From a virus: DNA of 64,000 bases. Below are positions 18,353 to 27,368 of this stretch, piece by piece. Every line of letters begins with the position of its first letter. Position 1 is the first letter of the stretch. A program made the position numbers and the translations under genes. The stretch lies in the IMG/VR virus record IMGVR_UViG_3300037466_003065, positions 120,788 to 184,787 of that record; one strand, given 5' to 3'. The notes beneath the pieces were generated by a model that saw only the letters and a list, made by a program, of their open reading frames with translations, did no database searches and was not told the DNA's origin.

Positions 18353-18967
18353 CTACCTCCTCGGGGTGTACTTGAACTGGTCGCCGGTGCGGAGCACGAA
18401 CTTACCGTCGACGAGCCGCTCCACGTACTCGTCGATGGGGACGACCCAGACCGCCTTCATGAGCCGGGCCTTGTTGTACGTCCCCGGCTCGGAGATCCAG
18501 TAGCTGCGGGGCGGCAGGGCGTTGAACTTGTTCCGGCTCTGCATGGCCAGGTTGCCGTCGCGCCGCATCGGCACCACCTCGCCCGGCTCGGCCACGACGA
18601 TCAGCACCTCCTTGGGGTCGGAGATGACGCGAATCGGCTTGTCGCCGTACTGCCAGTGGGGTTTGGGCGTCAGCGTGCCGTCCGCGAGCTTGTACGACGT
18701 CTCCTGCGTGCGGCCCATCGACTCTACGGCCTGGCTCTGCCATACCGCGATGCCGCCACGCTGCAGGAACCCCCACACCTTGGAAGCGTTCTCTTCGGTG
18801 TACGTGATGGGCTCCCACTTGATAGTGGCATTGCGGGCCGCGTCGATCTCGACCGGATAGATGCCGCTCTGCCGAACCACCTCTGGGTTCGTGAGGGTGT
18901 ACACCGGGCCGCCGAATCGCTGGGTGAAGACCAATTCCCCTGGGCTGAGATGCTGAAGTTCTAACAT
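18353..18967 (-). CDS. hypothetical protein
   Basis: CCTTCAACAGGAGACATC leader. Confidence 0.75.
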   Translation of the reverse strand: MLELQHLSPGELVFTQRFGGPVYTLTNPEVVRQSGIYPVEIDAARNATIKWEPITYTEENASKVWGFLQRGGIAVWQSQAVESMGRTQETSYKLADGTLTPKPHWQYGDKPIRVISDPKEVLIVVAEPGEVVPMRRDGNLAMQSRNKFNALPPRSYWISEPGTYNKARLMKAVWVVPIDEYVERLVDGKFVLRTGDQFKYTPRR

Positions 18968-19004
18968 GATGTCTCCTGTTGAAGGTTAAGTTGTCGTCGA
19001 ACGA

Positions 19005-19823
19005 TTAGGTGTGGGCCGTCGCCTCCTTTCTGTCCGGGATCAACTTCTCGCCCTTGCAGATCCAGGCCCCGTCGCCCGTGACCTCCTCGATCTCGTCGTC
19101 GGGATCGATCTGCTCACGGATCGCTTCGAGGAGCGAGTCCTCGCCGATGTAGCCGCCGCACTCGTCGATGACGTGCCCGGTGTCGTCCTCGATCTTGTAC
19201 CAGTGGCAGTTGCCGTTGGCCCAGTCGTTGTACGTCTCCAGGAACGACTCGGCGTCCTTCTGGCGGGCCTCGTAGGTCTTGGCGCCCATGTGGCTGGCCG
19301 GCTCCTCCCAGACCAGCAGGCCGGCGACCTCGACACCGTCCCACTGCTTATCGGGGCACCGTTGCCACTGCTCGCCGCCCTTGATCATCCACGCGCTCTG
19401 GCCGTGCTCGAAGTAGGACAGGATGAACGCGAGCCCGTCCGTCAGCTTCTTCTTGAGCTTGGCGTCGGGCGGCAGTAACTCGGTCGGTTCCTTGAAGTTG
19501 GTGTGCCGATGGTTAAACGAGTAGAGCTTCCACGCCCCATCCTCGTCGCACGGGCACTCGATGTCGGTGTCGGCCTCGATCGTAATGGTCAGCTTGCGGC
19601 CGATCCGCTTGACCAGGCTGCCCGGCTCGGGCAGTAGCTTGCCGGCCTTGGCGAACTCGTTCACGTCCTCGGTGGTGGCCAGCGACAGGGTGATGCCGTA
19701 CTCGCTCGACGGTTGTACGGCCTCGCGGAACGCGTCCAGCTTCTGCTGGATCTGCTCCCTCGCTGTCTCCTCGTCGTCGACCTCGACCTCCATCACCAGC
19801 AGGGTCTTCGTGGTGGCTCGCAT
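19005..19823 (-). CDS. conserved phage hypothetical protein
   Basis: AAGGAG RBS; YFEHGQ...YNDWANG...DECGGYIG pattern. Confidence 0.75.
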   Translation of the reverse strand: MRATTKTLLVMEVEVDDEETAREQIQQKLDAFREAVQPSSEYGITLSLATTEDVNEFAKAGKLLPEPGSLVKRIGRKLTITIEADTDIECPCDEDGAWKLYSFNHRHTNFKEPTELLPPDAKLKKKLTDGLAFILSYFEHGQSAWMIKGGEQWQRCPDKQWDGVEVAGLLVWEEPASHMGAKTYEARQKDAESFLETYNDWANGNCHWYKIEDDTGHVIDECGGYIGEDSLLEAIREQIDPDDEIEEVTGDGAWICKGEKLIPDRKEATAHT

Positions 19824-19835
19824 ACTTGCTCCTTG

Positions 19836-20102
19836 TTAGTTGTCCTCGGGGCCCAGGATTGCCGCGCAGCTTTCGCACGAGTAGTCGCCTTCCTCGTAGG
19901 GCGGGTGGACGACGTCGACGCTGCCGATCGTGGCGTCCTGCAACACGACAGGCGCCTCGTCGAAGTCTTCGGGATCGATCGCCTCACCCTCGACGAACAG
20001 TGACTTGCAGTTGCTGCACACGTCGATCGTTGGCGTGCCGTTGCCAGCCGCCTTCTCCTCACTCTGATCCCAGTCGTTGGGGATCACCTCGATGCGGGGC
20101 AT
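19836..20102 (-). CDS. Zn-binding hypothetical protein
   Basis: MPRIEVIP... after AAGGAG; CSNC and CESC. Confidence 0.65.
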   Translation of the reverse strand: MPRIEVIPNDWDQSEEKAAGNGTPTIDVCSNCKSLFVEGEAIDPEDFDEAPVVLQDATIGSVDVVHPPYEEGDYSCESCAAILGPEDN

Positions 20103-20413
20103 GCTTGCTCCTTCTGTGGCTCGATGCGCCACTCGTAAAGTTTTTTGGCACTGGTCAGAGAGTACACGATGAACCGGTAGCTGGGGCCGCCGATCGGGTC
20201 GGCGAAGATGCGGAACCGCGGGCTGGCGACATCAGGGTACTGGATCATCGAGATCCCGTTCTGCCCGTGGCCTGACACCAGTGGGCCACTGTGCGGGGCG
20301 AAGCCCCCTTTCTGTAGCCACACGGCGAGGCTGGCCAGGTGCTCGGCCAGTTCGCGCAGTTGCTTCCGCTTCCACGCGTCGACGATCCGTTCGAGGCATG
20401 CTTGGGGATCCAT
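20084..20413 (-). CDS. hypothetical protein
   Basis: MDPQACLERI... after GGAGG. Confidence 0.65.
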   Translation of the reverse strand: MDPQACLERIVDAWKRKQLRELAEHLASLAVWLQKGGFAPHSGPLVSGHGQNGISMIQYPDVASPRFRIFADPIGGPSYRFIVYSLTSAKKLYEWRIEPQKEQACPASR

Positions 20414-20658
20414 CAGTCCTCCGGTTTGACCCAGTAAGGCGAGTGCTCGTCGTAGTAGCCCTCGCCGGTGAAGGGGAACGGGCTCTTGTGCTGTGGCGGG
20501 AACGACTCGTCGTAGTTGTAGAAGTGGATTCGCCGTTGCTTGGGCAGTCGGATCATGAGGCCCTTTGGGCCCCACGAAAGGCGGCCGCCAAAGCGAGCAT
20601 AGTGGGCCATCGCCTCGGTGAGCGAGTCGATGAACGGCAGGTGTGGTACGTCGGCCAT
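20413..20658 (-). CDS. hypothetical protein
   Basis: MADVPHL... after AAGGAGG. Confidence 0.6.
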   Translation of the reverse strand: MADVPHLPFIDSLTEAMAHYARFGGRLSWGPKGLMIRLPKQRRIHFYNYDESFPPQHKSPFPFTGEGYYDEHSPYWVKPED

Positions 20659-21341
20659 CACTCCTCCTTCTTGAGGTGGGTGACTCGCTGGACGCCGGCC
20701 CGGTGCATCTCGAACTTCATCAGGAGCTCCGGCGGGGCCTTGTCCAGGAAGCCTTGGGCTTGCTCGATCGAACAGTTGTAGTGGTGGGCGAGGAACTCGG
20801 CGTAGGTCGCGAAGACCGCCTCCTTGTCCGGGGGCAGGTGCAGGAGCTGGGCGGGGAGCCGCTGGTCGTCGCCGGTATTCGCCCGCATAATAGCGGCGCC
20901 CGCACACTCGCGGTTCTGCGGGTTCCGCTTCATCTCCTCCTCGTTCTGGATCTTGCCGTCGTAGGTCATGTGGCACGGGATCCAGAACGGGCCGTGACAC
21001 TGGCCGACGTAGACGTGCGGCGCCGAGCCGCCCAGCGTGCCGGGCACGAGCCGGTCGCTCGGGCTGTCGCGGCGGAACGCGCAGGTCGAACACGGACTCT
21101 TGTGTTGGGCCTTCGGCTCATACTCTTCGACATGCTCGGCGTCGATGTATATGTACCGGTACGTAGCGTCGTGCCGGAACAAGCTGTTCTTGTCGGCCCG
21201 CACGCGGCCGGGCTCGGCGTAGTAGCACGTCTTGCCCTGGCCGTCCTTGATCGTGCTCAGCGGCGTGTGGGCCGGGATCACGATCTCGTGGATGCGTTCG
21301 AAGGTCATCTTGACCTCGTGCTTGGTGCGGTAGTGGGCCAT
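20658..21341 (-). CDS. DUF6283-like Cys/His-rich protein
   Basis: PCSTCAFRRD...PCH...CAG pattern; AGGAGG RBS. Confidence 0.55.
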   Translation of the reverse strand: MAHYRTKHEVKMTFERIHEIVIPAHTPLSTIKDGQGKTCYYAEPGRVRADKNSLFRHDATYRYIYIDAEHVEEYEPKAQHKSPCSTCAFRRDSPSDRLVPGTLGGSAPHVYVGQCHGPFWIPCHMTYDGKIQNEEEMKRNPQNRECAGAAIMRANTGDDQRLPAQLLHLPPDKEAVFATYAEFLAHHYNCSIEQAQGFLDKAPPELLMKFEMHRAGVQRVTHLKKEE

Positions 21342-21354
21342 GTGGCCTCCTGTG

Positions 21355-21675
21355 TTAGCGACTGACAAAGACGCTGGCCTCGGGGTACTTACGGCATGCC
21401 GTCAGGTACGCCTCGATCCAGGTGATGAAGTCGTCGTAGTTGCCCCAGCCGTTCGGTGGGTTCAGGGCTTTGAACTTGGCCGGGTTGAACTTCATCTTGG
21501 CCAGTCCGTCCTCCAGCAGCGGGATGAGCTGGCCGGCTGTGTTGAGGTTGTTCTCGTCGGGGCGCCACAGGGCCTCGTAGATGCCCGCGGCCATGGCCAT
21601 CTTGTTGAGGTTGTGGGTGATGTTGGCGTCGAACACCTCGCCGTCGAGGGTCGACAGGGAAACGTCGAGACTCAT
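21355..21675 (-). CDS. conserved phage hypothetical protein
   Basis: NITHNLNKMA...LWRP...NPPNGWGNY...AC..YP pattern. Confidence 0.75.
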   Translation of the reverse strand: MSLDVSLSTLDGEVFDANITHNLNKMAMAAGIYEALWRPDENNLNTAGQLIPLLEDGLAKMKFNPAKFKALNPPNGWGNYDDFITWIEAYLTACRKYPEASVFVSR

Positions 21676-21705
21676 AAAGCCTCCTGCGGTATGGGGGAAT
21701 TGTAT

Positions 21706-21746
21706 CCAAACGAAGGCCCCCGCCCAGAGTTACCCAGGCGGGGGCC
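21706..21746 (-). terminator. terminator-like hairpin
   Basis: GGCCCCCGCC/GGCGGGGGCC stem, then TTCGTTT. Confidence 0.55.
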
Positions 21747-21780
21747 GGTCACATCAGCGAAACTCTTGCGGCGCCGAAGG

Positions 21781-22470
21781 TCAGTCGGTGATCACGTCGA
21801 CCTCGACCCACGTCTGGTCTTCGAACGCGGCGTGGTCGGGCTCCGACCCGTCCATCGTGAGGCGGTACGCCACGTCCACGGCGAAGTATTTGCTGGTGTC
21901 GGGGTTGTGAATGGTGATGATGTCGTACCCCGGCTCTAGGCCGTTCAGCTCGCCGTACACGTCGATGTCGCGGGGGGACGACCAGACGGTCTTCGTGCCG
22001 TCCCGGGCGAACCAGATCACGTCGATGGCGTAGACGCGCACGTGCGTCGACATGTCGCCGTTGTCGCCGTAGTCGGCCCCGGCCTGGATCTCCACGCGGT
22101 CGACCGTGCTGCGGTGCTGGGCGGCGTCCGCACGGAACCCGTCCCAGTCGTCGCCGGTGGCGACGGCCCGGTCGTTGTCCACGTCGACGCGCATGCCTCC
22201 GAGCAGGTACTTGCCGCCCCACATGCTGTCGTAGGGGTCGACGTCCCAGTCGAAGTTCATGTCGACGGACGTGCTGTCGAAGCACCACGTGGTGTCGTCC
22301 GTCCAGTACGTCCCCTCGAACATGCTGCTGTCCGAGGGGTCGGAGTCGCCGGCGTGGTAGTAGATGCCGATCCGGTGCTCGGCCTGCGCGGAGTGCGGGA
22401 CGAGGAACAGGGCTGCGAGGAACAGGGCCGAGAAGATCGTGGAAAGGGTGGTCTTGATTCGCTTGGTCAT
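21781..22470 (-). CDS. secreted acidic protein (signal peptide)
   Basis: MTKRIK + hydrophobic core + AQA cleavage motif; Asp/Trp/Tyr-rich mature part. Confidence 0.75.
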   Translation of the reverse strand: MTKRIKTTLSTIFSALFLAALFLVPHSAQAEHRIGIYYHAGDSDPSDSSMFEGTYWTDDTTWCFDSTSVDMNFDWDVDPYDSMWGGKYLLGGMRVDVDNDRAVATGDDWDGFRADAAQHRSTVDRVEIQAGADYGDNGDMSTHVRVYAIDVIWFARDGTKTVWSSPRDIDVYGELNGLEPGYDIITIHNPDTSKYFAVDVAYRLTMDGSEPDHAAFEDQTWVEVDVITD

Positions 22471-22505
22471 ACGGATTCCTTGAAGTCGAGAGACTGAACG
22501 AACGG

Positions 22506-22634
22506 TCAGTTGGTCTGGTACACGCGGAGACGGTGCATCTCGGCCGACTTGATGGTGGCGTCACCATCCTCCATGTCGATGAGATTCCATGCAGCCACCC
22601 CGAAGGTGACCAGACCGATGAGTGCCAGGTACAT
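22506..22634 (-). CDS. small membrane peptide (42 aa)
   Basis: MYLALIGLVTFGVAAWNL...; AAGGAGCCATC leader. Confidence 0.55.
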   Translation of the reverse strand: MYLALIGLVTFGVAAWNLIDMEDGDATIKSAEMHRLRVYQTN

Positions 22635-22644
22635 GATGGCTCCT

Positions 22645-22690
22645 TAAAGGAGCGGGCGGCGAGGTGAATGGCCACTGCTCGCCGCCCGCT
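22645..22690 (-). terminator. hairpin upstream of RBS
   Basis: 13-bp stem AGCGGGCGGCGAG/CTCGCCGCCCGCT, then CCTTTAAGGAG. Confidence 0.55.
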
Positions 22691-22694
22691 TGTC

Positions 22695-22945
22695 GTAGAA
22701 GGTGGGGGTTCGCTATCCGGGACGTAGCCGGATCGCCGGTTTACGCCGCCTCCCTCGTGCGTTCACACGGGGCTACGGCGCGGCGACGCGTCATGGGAGA
22801 TCCTCCAGATTCGGGCTGCCCGCTCGGTGGCACACGGGTCATTCCTACCCACCGATCCATTTCAACAATGGAGTTGTTGTGTCGCGGAGATTAGAGCTTC
22901 ATACTGCACCTCCGTTTCGTTCGCGCTGTGGCGTGGATTATGTGA
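22695..22945 (-). ncRNA. candidate structured leader or small RNA
   Basis: About 250 nt without a codon-biased ORF, just downstream of a promoter; several hairpins. Confidence 0.35.
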
Positions 22946-22951
22946 GCCGAA

Positions 22952-22979
22952 AGCGTATCGTGCCCACTCCTAATGTCAA
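22952..22979 (-). promoter_or_regulatory. sigma70-type promoter
   Basis: TTGACA-N16-TACGCT. Confidence 0.55.
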
Positions 22980-22984
22980 GCGGA

Positions 22985-23212
22985 TTACGAGTGGCGTTCG
23001 TGCAGGCGGGCCTCGCCCCGGCTGATCGCGAACTCGGCGTCGTCCTTGGCCCGCTGCCACCGCGACCAGGAGTCGGGGTAGCCCTTCTGCTCGAAGATCG
23101 CGAGGGCCTCCTCGGCCGTCTTCTTTATCTTCTGGCAGTCGCGGGAGTTGAGGGCCCGCGTCAGCTTGGACTTGAGCTGGGAGAGCTCGGACTGGGTGAG
23201 CGTGTAGGGCAT
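22985..23212 (-). CDS. conserved phage hypothetical protein
   Basis: MPYTL...LTRA...YPDSWSRWQRAKDDA; AGGAGG RBS. Confidence 0.7.
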   Translation of the reverse strand: MPYTLTQSELSQLKSKLTRALNSRDCQKIKKTAEEALAIFEQKGYPDSWSRWQRAKDDAEFAISRGEARLHERHS

Positions 23213-23223
23213 CGGCCTCCTGG

Positions 23224-23538
23224 TCAGGTGTGGATGAAGTAGGCGGTCGGGTTGTGGTTCTCCCGGTCGATCTCGAGCCGGCGTTCGTGCTCCTCCCACC
23301 GTCGCCGGCCCTCGGCGACCGCGGGAACGCCCGACAGCGTCTTCTCGATCCCGTCGCGAGTGATGCCGAGCACCATAACCGGGCGCAGGTGATCCTCGGC
23401 CTTGACTCGCCACTCCTCCCTGACCTCCTCGCTGGCACACATCCATGCCGGCGGGTGTTGGTTTGCCCGCCTCGCATCGTCGAGGTAAAGGGTGAAGGCG
23501 ACGTAGTCGAGGAACGTGAACTTGAACTCTTTGGGCAT
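23224..23538 (-). CDS. hypothetical protein
   Basis: AGGAG RBS. Confidence 0.7.
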   Translation of the reverse strand: MPKEFKFTFLDYVAFTLYLDDARRANQHPPAWMCASEEVREEWRVKAEDHLRPVMVLGITRDGIEKTLSGVPAVAEGRRRWEEHERRLEIDRENHNPTAYFIHT

Positions 23539-24596
23539 CAGTGGTCTCCTAACGTGTGAATGAGGGCCGCCATGTGTTCCCGAGCATCGTCGACGCTATA
23601 CGCGGGTGGGTGGTCGCGGCCCATGTGGGGGCGGTACCAGTTTGGGCACCGTTCCTTGTGCATGATGGTGACGTGGTTCCGAGAGGTCGTGTACAACAGG
23701 AAGGGCTGCCCCTTCACGACTCCGCTGGCGAGCCAATCGTTCACCATGTTCTTGCCTCGCATCCGCTTGGTCGGGTCGACCTTGCGGTACTTGAGGTAGA
23801 TGGTGCGTTCGTGGTGGCCCCAGCTTTCGTGGCTGCGGTTGGATCCGCCGTAGTTGGACAGCGAGCGGCACACACCCACGTACTCCATCTCGGGCCGGCG
23901 CCGCACGTTGTCGAGCGCGTGCTTTGCATCGATCACGGAGTCGCAGGGGAACAGTACCCAGGCAGCCTTGGGGTTGGTGCGGCCGTTCCATTCCTCGTGA
24001 ACGGCCTGACCCCAGCCCGACATGAACGTGTCCTTGGCGAATACGTAAAACCTCGCCCTGGGCACGTTCCACCACCCGCCGGCCACAGTGTCCAGTGGCT
24101 CGGGCGGGTAGAGTAGCGGCCGGGCCGACACCACGCTGCACTCCCTGATGGGAAGGTAGTGCACCCTCCGTTTCGGGGCGTGGTGCTGATCCCATGTGTA
24201 GTATTCGAGGATCAACTCGTCGAGCGTGATGGGCGTCTTGCGTAGGGGTGTGCGGTCGTAAAAGGCCCGGCAATACCCCACCACCTTGAAGCAGATGCCC
24301 TCGTCCCAGTACGGGCGAGGGAGGTAGTCGCCGTTCATGGTGGTCTCGCGGCCCGGGTTGGTTCGCATCACGTACTGGCCGATGCGGGGAACCGTGGCCT
24401 CGATCCGTTTGAACCACCGCACCACCTCGCCGGGCTTGATACGAATGGCCGGCGACGTGGCACGCTCGAAGTCATCCTTGGGCAGAATCTGGGCGAGCCC
24501 GTCGTGCCGCTTAAACCAGATCTCCCTGCTGCCGCCACGCAAGAACCGCGAGTTGTTCGACGGCACGTACTTGAACTTGACGCGGATAGGCTTCAT
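23538..24596 (-). CDS. hypothetical protein
   Basis: MKPIRVKF... after GGAGG. Confidence 0.7.
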   Translation of the reverse strand: MKPIRVKFKYVPSNNSRFLRGGSREIWFKRHDGLAQILPKDDFERATSPAIRIKPGEVVRWFKRIEATVPRIGQYVMRTNPGRETTMNGDYLPRPYWDEGICFKVVGYCRAFYDRTPLRKTPITLDELILEYYTWDQHHAPKRRVHYLPIRECSVVSARPLLYPPEPLDTVAGGWWNVPRARFYVFAKDTFMSGWGQAVHEEWNGRTNPKAAWVLFPCDSVIDAKHALDNVRRRPEMEYVGVCRSLSNYGGSNRSHESWGHHERTIYLKYRKVDPTKRMRGKNMVNDWLASGVVKGQPFLLYTTSRNHVTIMHKERCPNWYRPHMGRDHPPAYSVDDAREHMAALIHTLGDH

Positions 24597-24952
24597 CACG
24601 CCTCCACGGTTGAGGGCTTGATCTTGTCGAGGGCCACCTGCAGGAGCCGCCGGTTCCACGGCCTGCTCTGGTCATCAAAGACGTACGTCCGCTCCAAATG
24701 TCGCATGATGCACCACATCGGCCGGCCCAGGTTGGCCTCGACCATCATGGGTGCCTTCTGCTTCCAGCTCTTGGCCCAGCCCTCGCGGCTGTACGTCTCC
24801 CACTGTTCCGTCCGGCGGTTGAACACCTTGAAGGTGTCCGGGCCGGTCTGGGCCACGAGGGCGCCGACGTACTTGCCCTCGCCGACCCTCCAGTCGCCGG
24901 TGTGGTGGATGATCTCGGACGGCTTGGCCTCACGCAGCAGTGACTCTTTCAT
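24596..24952 (-). CDS. hypothetical protein
   Basis: GAGGCATC leader. Confidence 0.7.
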   Translation of the reverse strand: MKESLLREAKPSEIIHHTGDWRVGEGKYVGALVAQTGPDTFKVFNRRTEQWETYSREGWAKSWKQKAPMMVEANLGRPMWCIMRHLERTYVFDDQSRPWNRRLLQVALDKIKPSTVEA

Positions 24953-24980
24953 TGATGCCTCACATTATTCGGTTGTGCAC

Positions 24981-25011
24981 AAAAGAAGGAGGCCGGCGAC
25001 ACGCCGGCCTC
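24981..25011 (-). terminator. terminator-like hairpin
   Basis: GAGGCCGGCG/CGCCGGCCTC 10-bp stem, then CTTCTTTT. Confidence 0.65.
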
Positions 25012-25047
25012 GGTAGGGCTCACGATCTGTCACGATGCTTGTCGGGC

Positions 25048-25368
25048 TTATCCTCCCGTCTTGGTTGGGTGGTAAAGGTTGAACCGTTCGCGATTCGCCA
25101 GCAGGAAGGCGTTGACCCATTCGCGGGCCGGGGCGCCGGCGTGTTTATCGGTGATGCCGTTCAGGGAGTTGATCTCGGTCTCCAGCGTGTAGTTGACGTC
25201 GATGACGGGGATGTCGCCCGCGTCCTTGTGGTACGCTTCCTCGTCGTCCATGTCACAGATGAATCCGTCGCCGGTCGAGAGTAGGAGCGTCAGCGAGTGC
25301 AGCTCCACGTCACCATCCCACCCGACTACGAACAGTTGCAGGTCTTTTATCGATGCGATCTCTGGCAT
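25048..25368 (-). CDS. hypothetical protein
   Basis: MPEIASIK... after AGGAGGCATC. Confidence 0.7.
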   Translation of the reverse strand: MPEIASIKDLQLFVVGWDGDVELHSLTLLLSTGDGFICDMDDEEAYHKDAGDIPVIDVNYTLETEINSLNGITDKHAGAPAREWVNAFLLANRERFNLYHPTKTGG

Positions 25369-25376
25369 GATGCCTC

Positions 25377-25703
25377 CTAGTTGCGGACGAGGTAGTCGCC
25401 CAAGAACCTGTACGGCGAGAAGCAGGGCACGCCGTTGAAGTTGAACAGCCGCACGAATGTGCCCTTCATGCGGTAGGTCTGGGTGCCCACGGTCTGATAG
25501 ATGATCTCGTCGCCTCGCCGCGTGCACCCGAGGTACCTCACGCAGTCGCCGGCCCGGAGGCGGATCACGCCGTTCTCGGTGTACAGATCCAGCACCTTGC
25601 CCGGCCTGACCGTGTAGTACCCGGCCTTCCACTTGTTGGCGTTGCGCTCGAGCAGGTGCTCCACTTGGGCCCGGCTCAAGGTCTCCTGTTGTTCGTTGCT
25701 CAC
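25377..25703 (-). CDS. hypothetical protein
   Basis: GTG start after AAGGAG. Confidence 0.65.
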   Translation of the reverse strand: MSNEQQETLSRAQVEHLLERNANKWKAGYYTVRPGKVLDLYTENGVIRLRAGDCVRYLGCTRRGDEIIYQTVGTQTYRMKGTFVRLFNFNGVPCFSPYRFLGDYLVRN

Positions 25704-25728
25704 GTGCTCTCCTTCAAAGCGTCCTGCT

Positions 25729-25756
25729 AAAAGGCCCCGGGGGTTAGCCCGGGGCC
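25729..25756 (-). terminator. terminator-like hairpin
   Basis: GGCCCCGGG/CCCGGGGCC stem, then TTTT. Confidence 0.6.
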
Positions 25757-26064
25757 ACGACCTTCTCGTACTCCGGCATCGATGCGAAGGCGCCGGTGTG
25801 CATCATGTACGCACGCCACCCCGGATAACTCACCCAGTGCAGCTCGTACCTGCTGTACAGGCCCTGCTTCTGCTCCCAAGTGCTAGTAGCCTCGAGACCG
25901 ACGATACGACAGTCCGCCTCGGTCGCGCCGGTCAGTCGGAGGTTGTCGGCGTGCAGCCGGGGGATCTCCTCCGGCTTTGCGCGGGAGATCATTCGCTGGA
26001 ACCCGGGCGGGAAAGGGGGCGGGGCCGCTGGGGACGCGTTTGACCTTGCCGTCGTTGTGTCCAC
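25744..26064 (-). CDS. hypothetical protein
   Basis: ORF; overlaps the Rmf-like ORF; start uncertain. Confidence 0.45.
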   Translation of the reverse strand: MDTTTARSNASPAAPPPFPPGFQRMISRAKPEEIPRLHADNLRLTGATEADCRIVGLEATSTWEQKQGLYSRYELHWVSYPGWRAYMMHTGAFASMPEYEKVVAPG

Positions 26065-26191
26065 GGATGAAGAGCTCCCTGAGTTTGGCGTTGCGGTAAG
26101 GATTGAGTCCGCGGCCGGTCATGCCGGCCTTGAACCCACGGCTATACGCCTTCTTGCGGCGTGTCATGCTGACTTGATTCCAACCTGCCAC
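25883..26191 (-). CDS. Rmf/CrpP-like small protein
   Basis: AYSRGFKAGMTG...NPY...FIRGHNDG resembles the ribosome modulation factor motif; GTG after GAGGAGG. Confidence 0.4.
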   Translation of the reverse strand: MAGWNQVSMTRRKKAYSRGFKAGMTGRGLNPYRNAKLRELFIRGHNDGKVKRVPSGPAPFPARVPANDLPRKAGGDPPAARRQPPTDRRDRGGLSYRRSRGY

Positions 26192-26250
26192 TGAACCTCC
26201 TCGAAGAGGGTGATTGGTACCCCTATTGTGCGGCACTTTACTGCCCCCCA

Positions 26251-26658
26251 TTAGTAACCGCCAGTGCCCGCACTCTGATCCTTCTGGTCTGCGAGCTCGG
26301 CGGAAGATTGCATGGCCCGGTTGCTGCGAAGCGCGACCCATTCGGCCTCGACCTTGTTGGCGGCCTCGATGTCGATCAGGCGACGGATCTCTCGCTCGAT
26401 CGCCTCGCGTGCCTCCCCCTCAGTGCGGGCGTGGCCTTGGGCGGTGGCCTTGGGCAGCTTGTAGATCTTCGTGCCGACGTGGGTGACCGGGATCAGCCAC
26501 CACTGCCAGCGGCCGCCACGCTTCTTGTACGCCGCTACGTGGCCGGTCAGGGTGTGCCCGGCCGGGTAGTAGAGGCTGAGTGTGCCGTTGCCCCAGCGGA
26601 ACAGGCAGGGGCCGACGACGAAGTCCACCTTGCGGGGTGGGGGTAATGATGTGCTCAT
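26251..26658 (-). CDS. hypothetical protein
   Basis: GAGGAGG RBS. Confidence 0.65.
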   Translation of the reverse strand: MSTSLPPPRKVDFVVGPCLFRWGNGTLSLYYPAGHTLTGHVAAYKKRGGRWQWWLIPVTHVGTKIYKLPKATAQGHARTEGEAREAIEREIRRLIDIEAANKVEAEWVALRSNRAMQSSAELADQKDQSAGTGGY

Positions 26659-27350
26659 CAATCATCCTCCTCGTTGTGCCCGAACCGGCGGCGCCGCTGG
26701 TCGGGATCGTTGGGGCATCCGGTCTCGTGGATCGCCACACCGTTGACGCACATCGCCTGGCACTGGCTGCAGCCCACGCGGTAGCCGTGCCCGCGGCCGT
26801 TGGAACGGATCTTGTCGAACCCGCGGCTCCGCAGACTGCTGCCGAGTTGCTCGTGCTCGTGCTGTGTCGCTGCTCGTGCCATGGTCAGGACACTGTCGAC
26901 GTGGTACGTCTCGATGAAGCCGACACCTGCGGCCGCAGGGTCTTCGACGAACACGTAGTCGTTCTCGACCTTGGCCAAGAGGCTGCGGTGGTTCTCGGCC
27001 AGCTTTGCGAACTCGTCCCGGTTCTTGAAGTCGAGCAGCTCCTTGCCGGCCTCGTTGCGCCACGTGATGTGGTGGTCGACGGGGGCGGGGCAGGTGCAGT
27101 CGCCACACACCCTGACCGTGTCGCGACCGGCGGGATCGGCGTACAGCTCCTGGGCGGCGGCCAGCGGCATCCTGCCCTCCACGACCCAGTAGTACCAGGC
27201 CCTGCGGAACTTGAAAGGCCCCAGCTCGCCGACGAGGGAGTAGGGAACCTCGCCGGTGTTCTGGGATACCTCCACGATCGGGATGCGGGCGTGCTCCAGC
27301 TCTTTCCGGATCGCCCGGTCACACTCCCTGTTGCCTGCTAAGTTTTCCAT
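26658..27350 (-). CDS. two-module hypothetical protein
   Basis: FRRAWYYW...VRVCGDCTC module, then CSQCQAMCVNGVAIHETGCPN module. Confidence 0.75.
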   Translation of the reverse strand: MENLAGNRECDRAIRKELEHARIPIVEVSQNTGEVPYSLVGELGPFKFRRAWYYWVVEGRMPLAAAQELYADPAGRDTVRVCGDCTCPAPVDHHITWRNEAGKELLDFKNRDEFAKLAENHRSLLAKVENDYVFVEDPAAAGVGFIETYHVDSVLTMARAATQHEHEQLGSSLRSRGFDKIRSNGRGHGYRVGCSQCQAMCVNGVAIHETGCPNDPDQRRRRFGHNEEDD

Positions 27351-27368
27351 GATGTCCTTTTGATGGTG

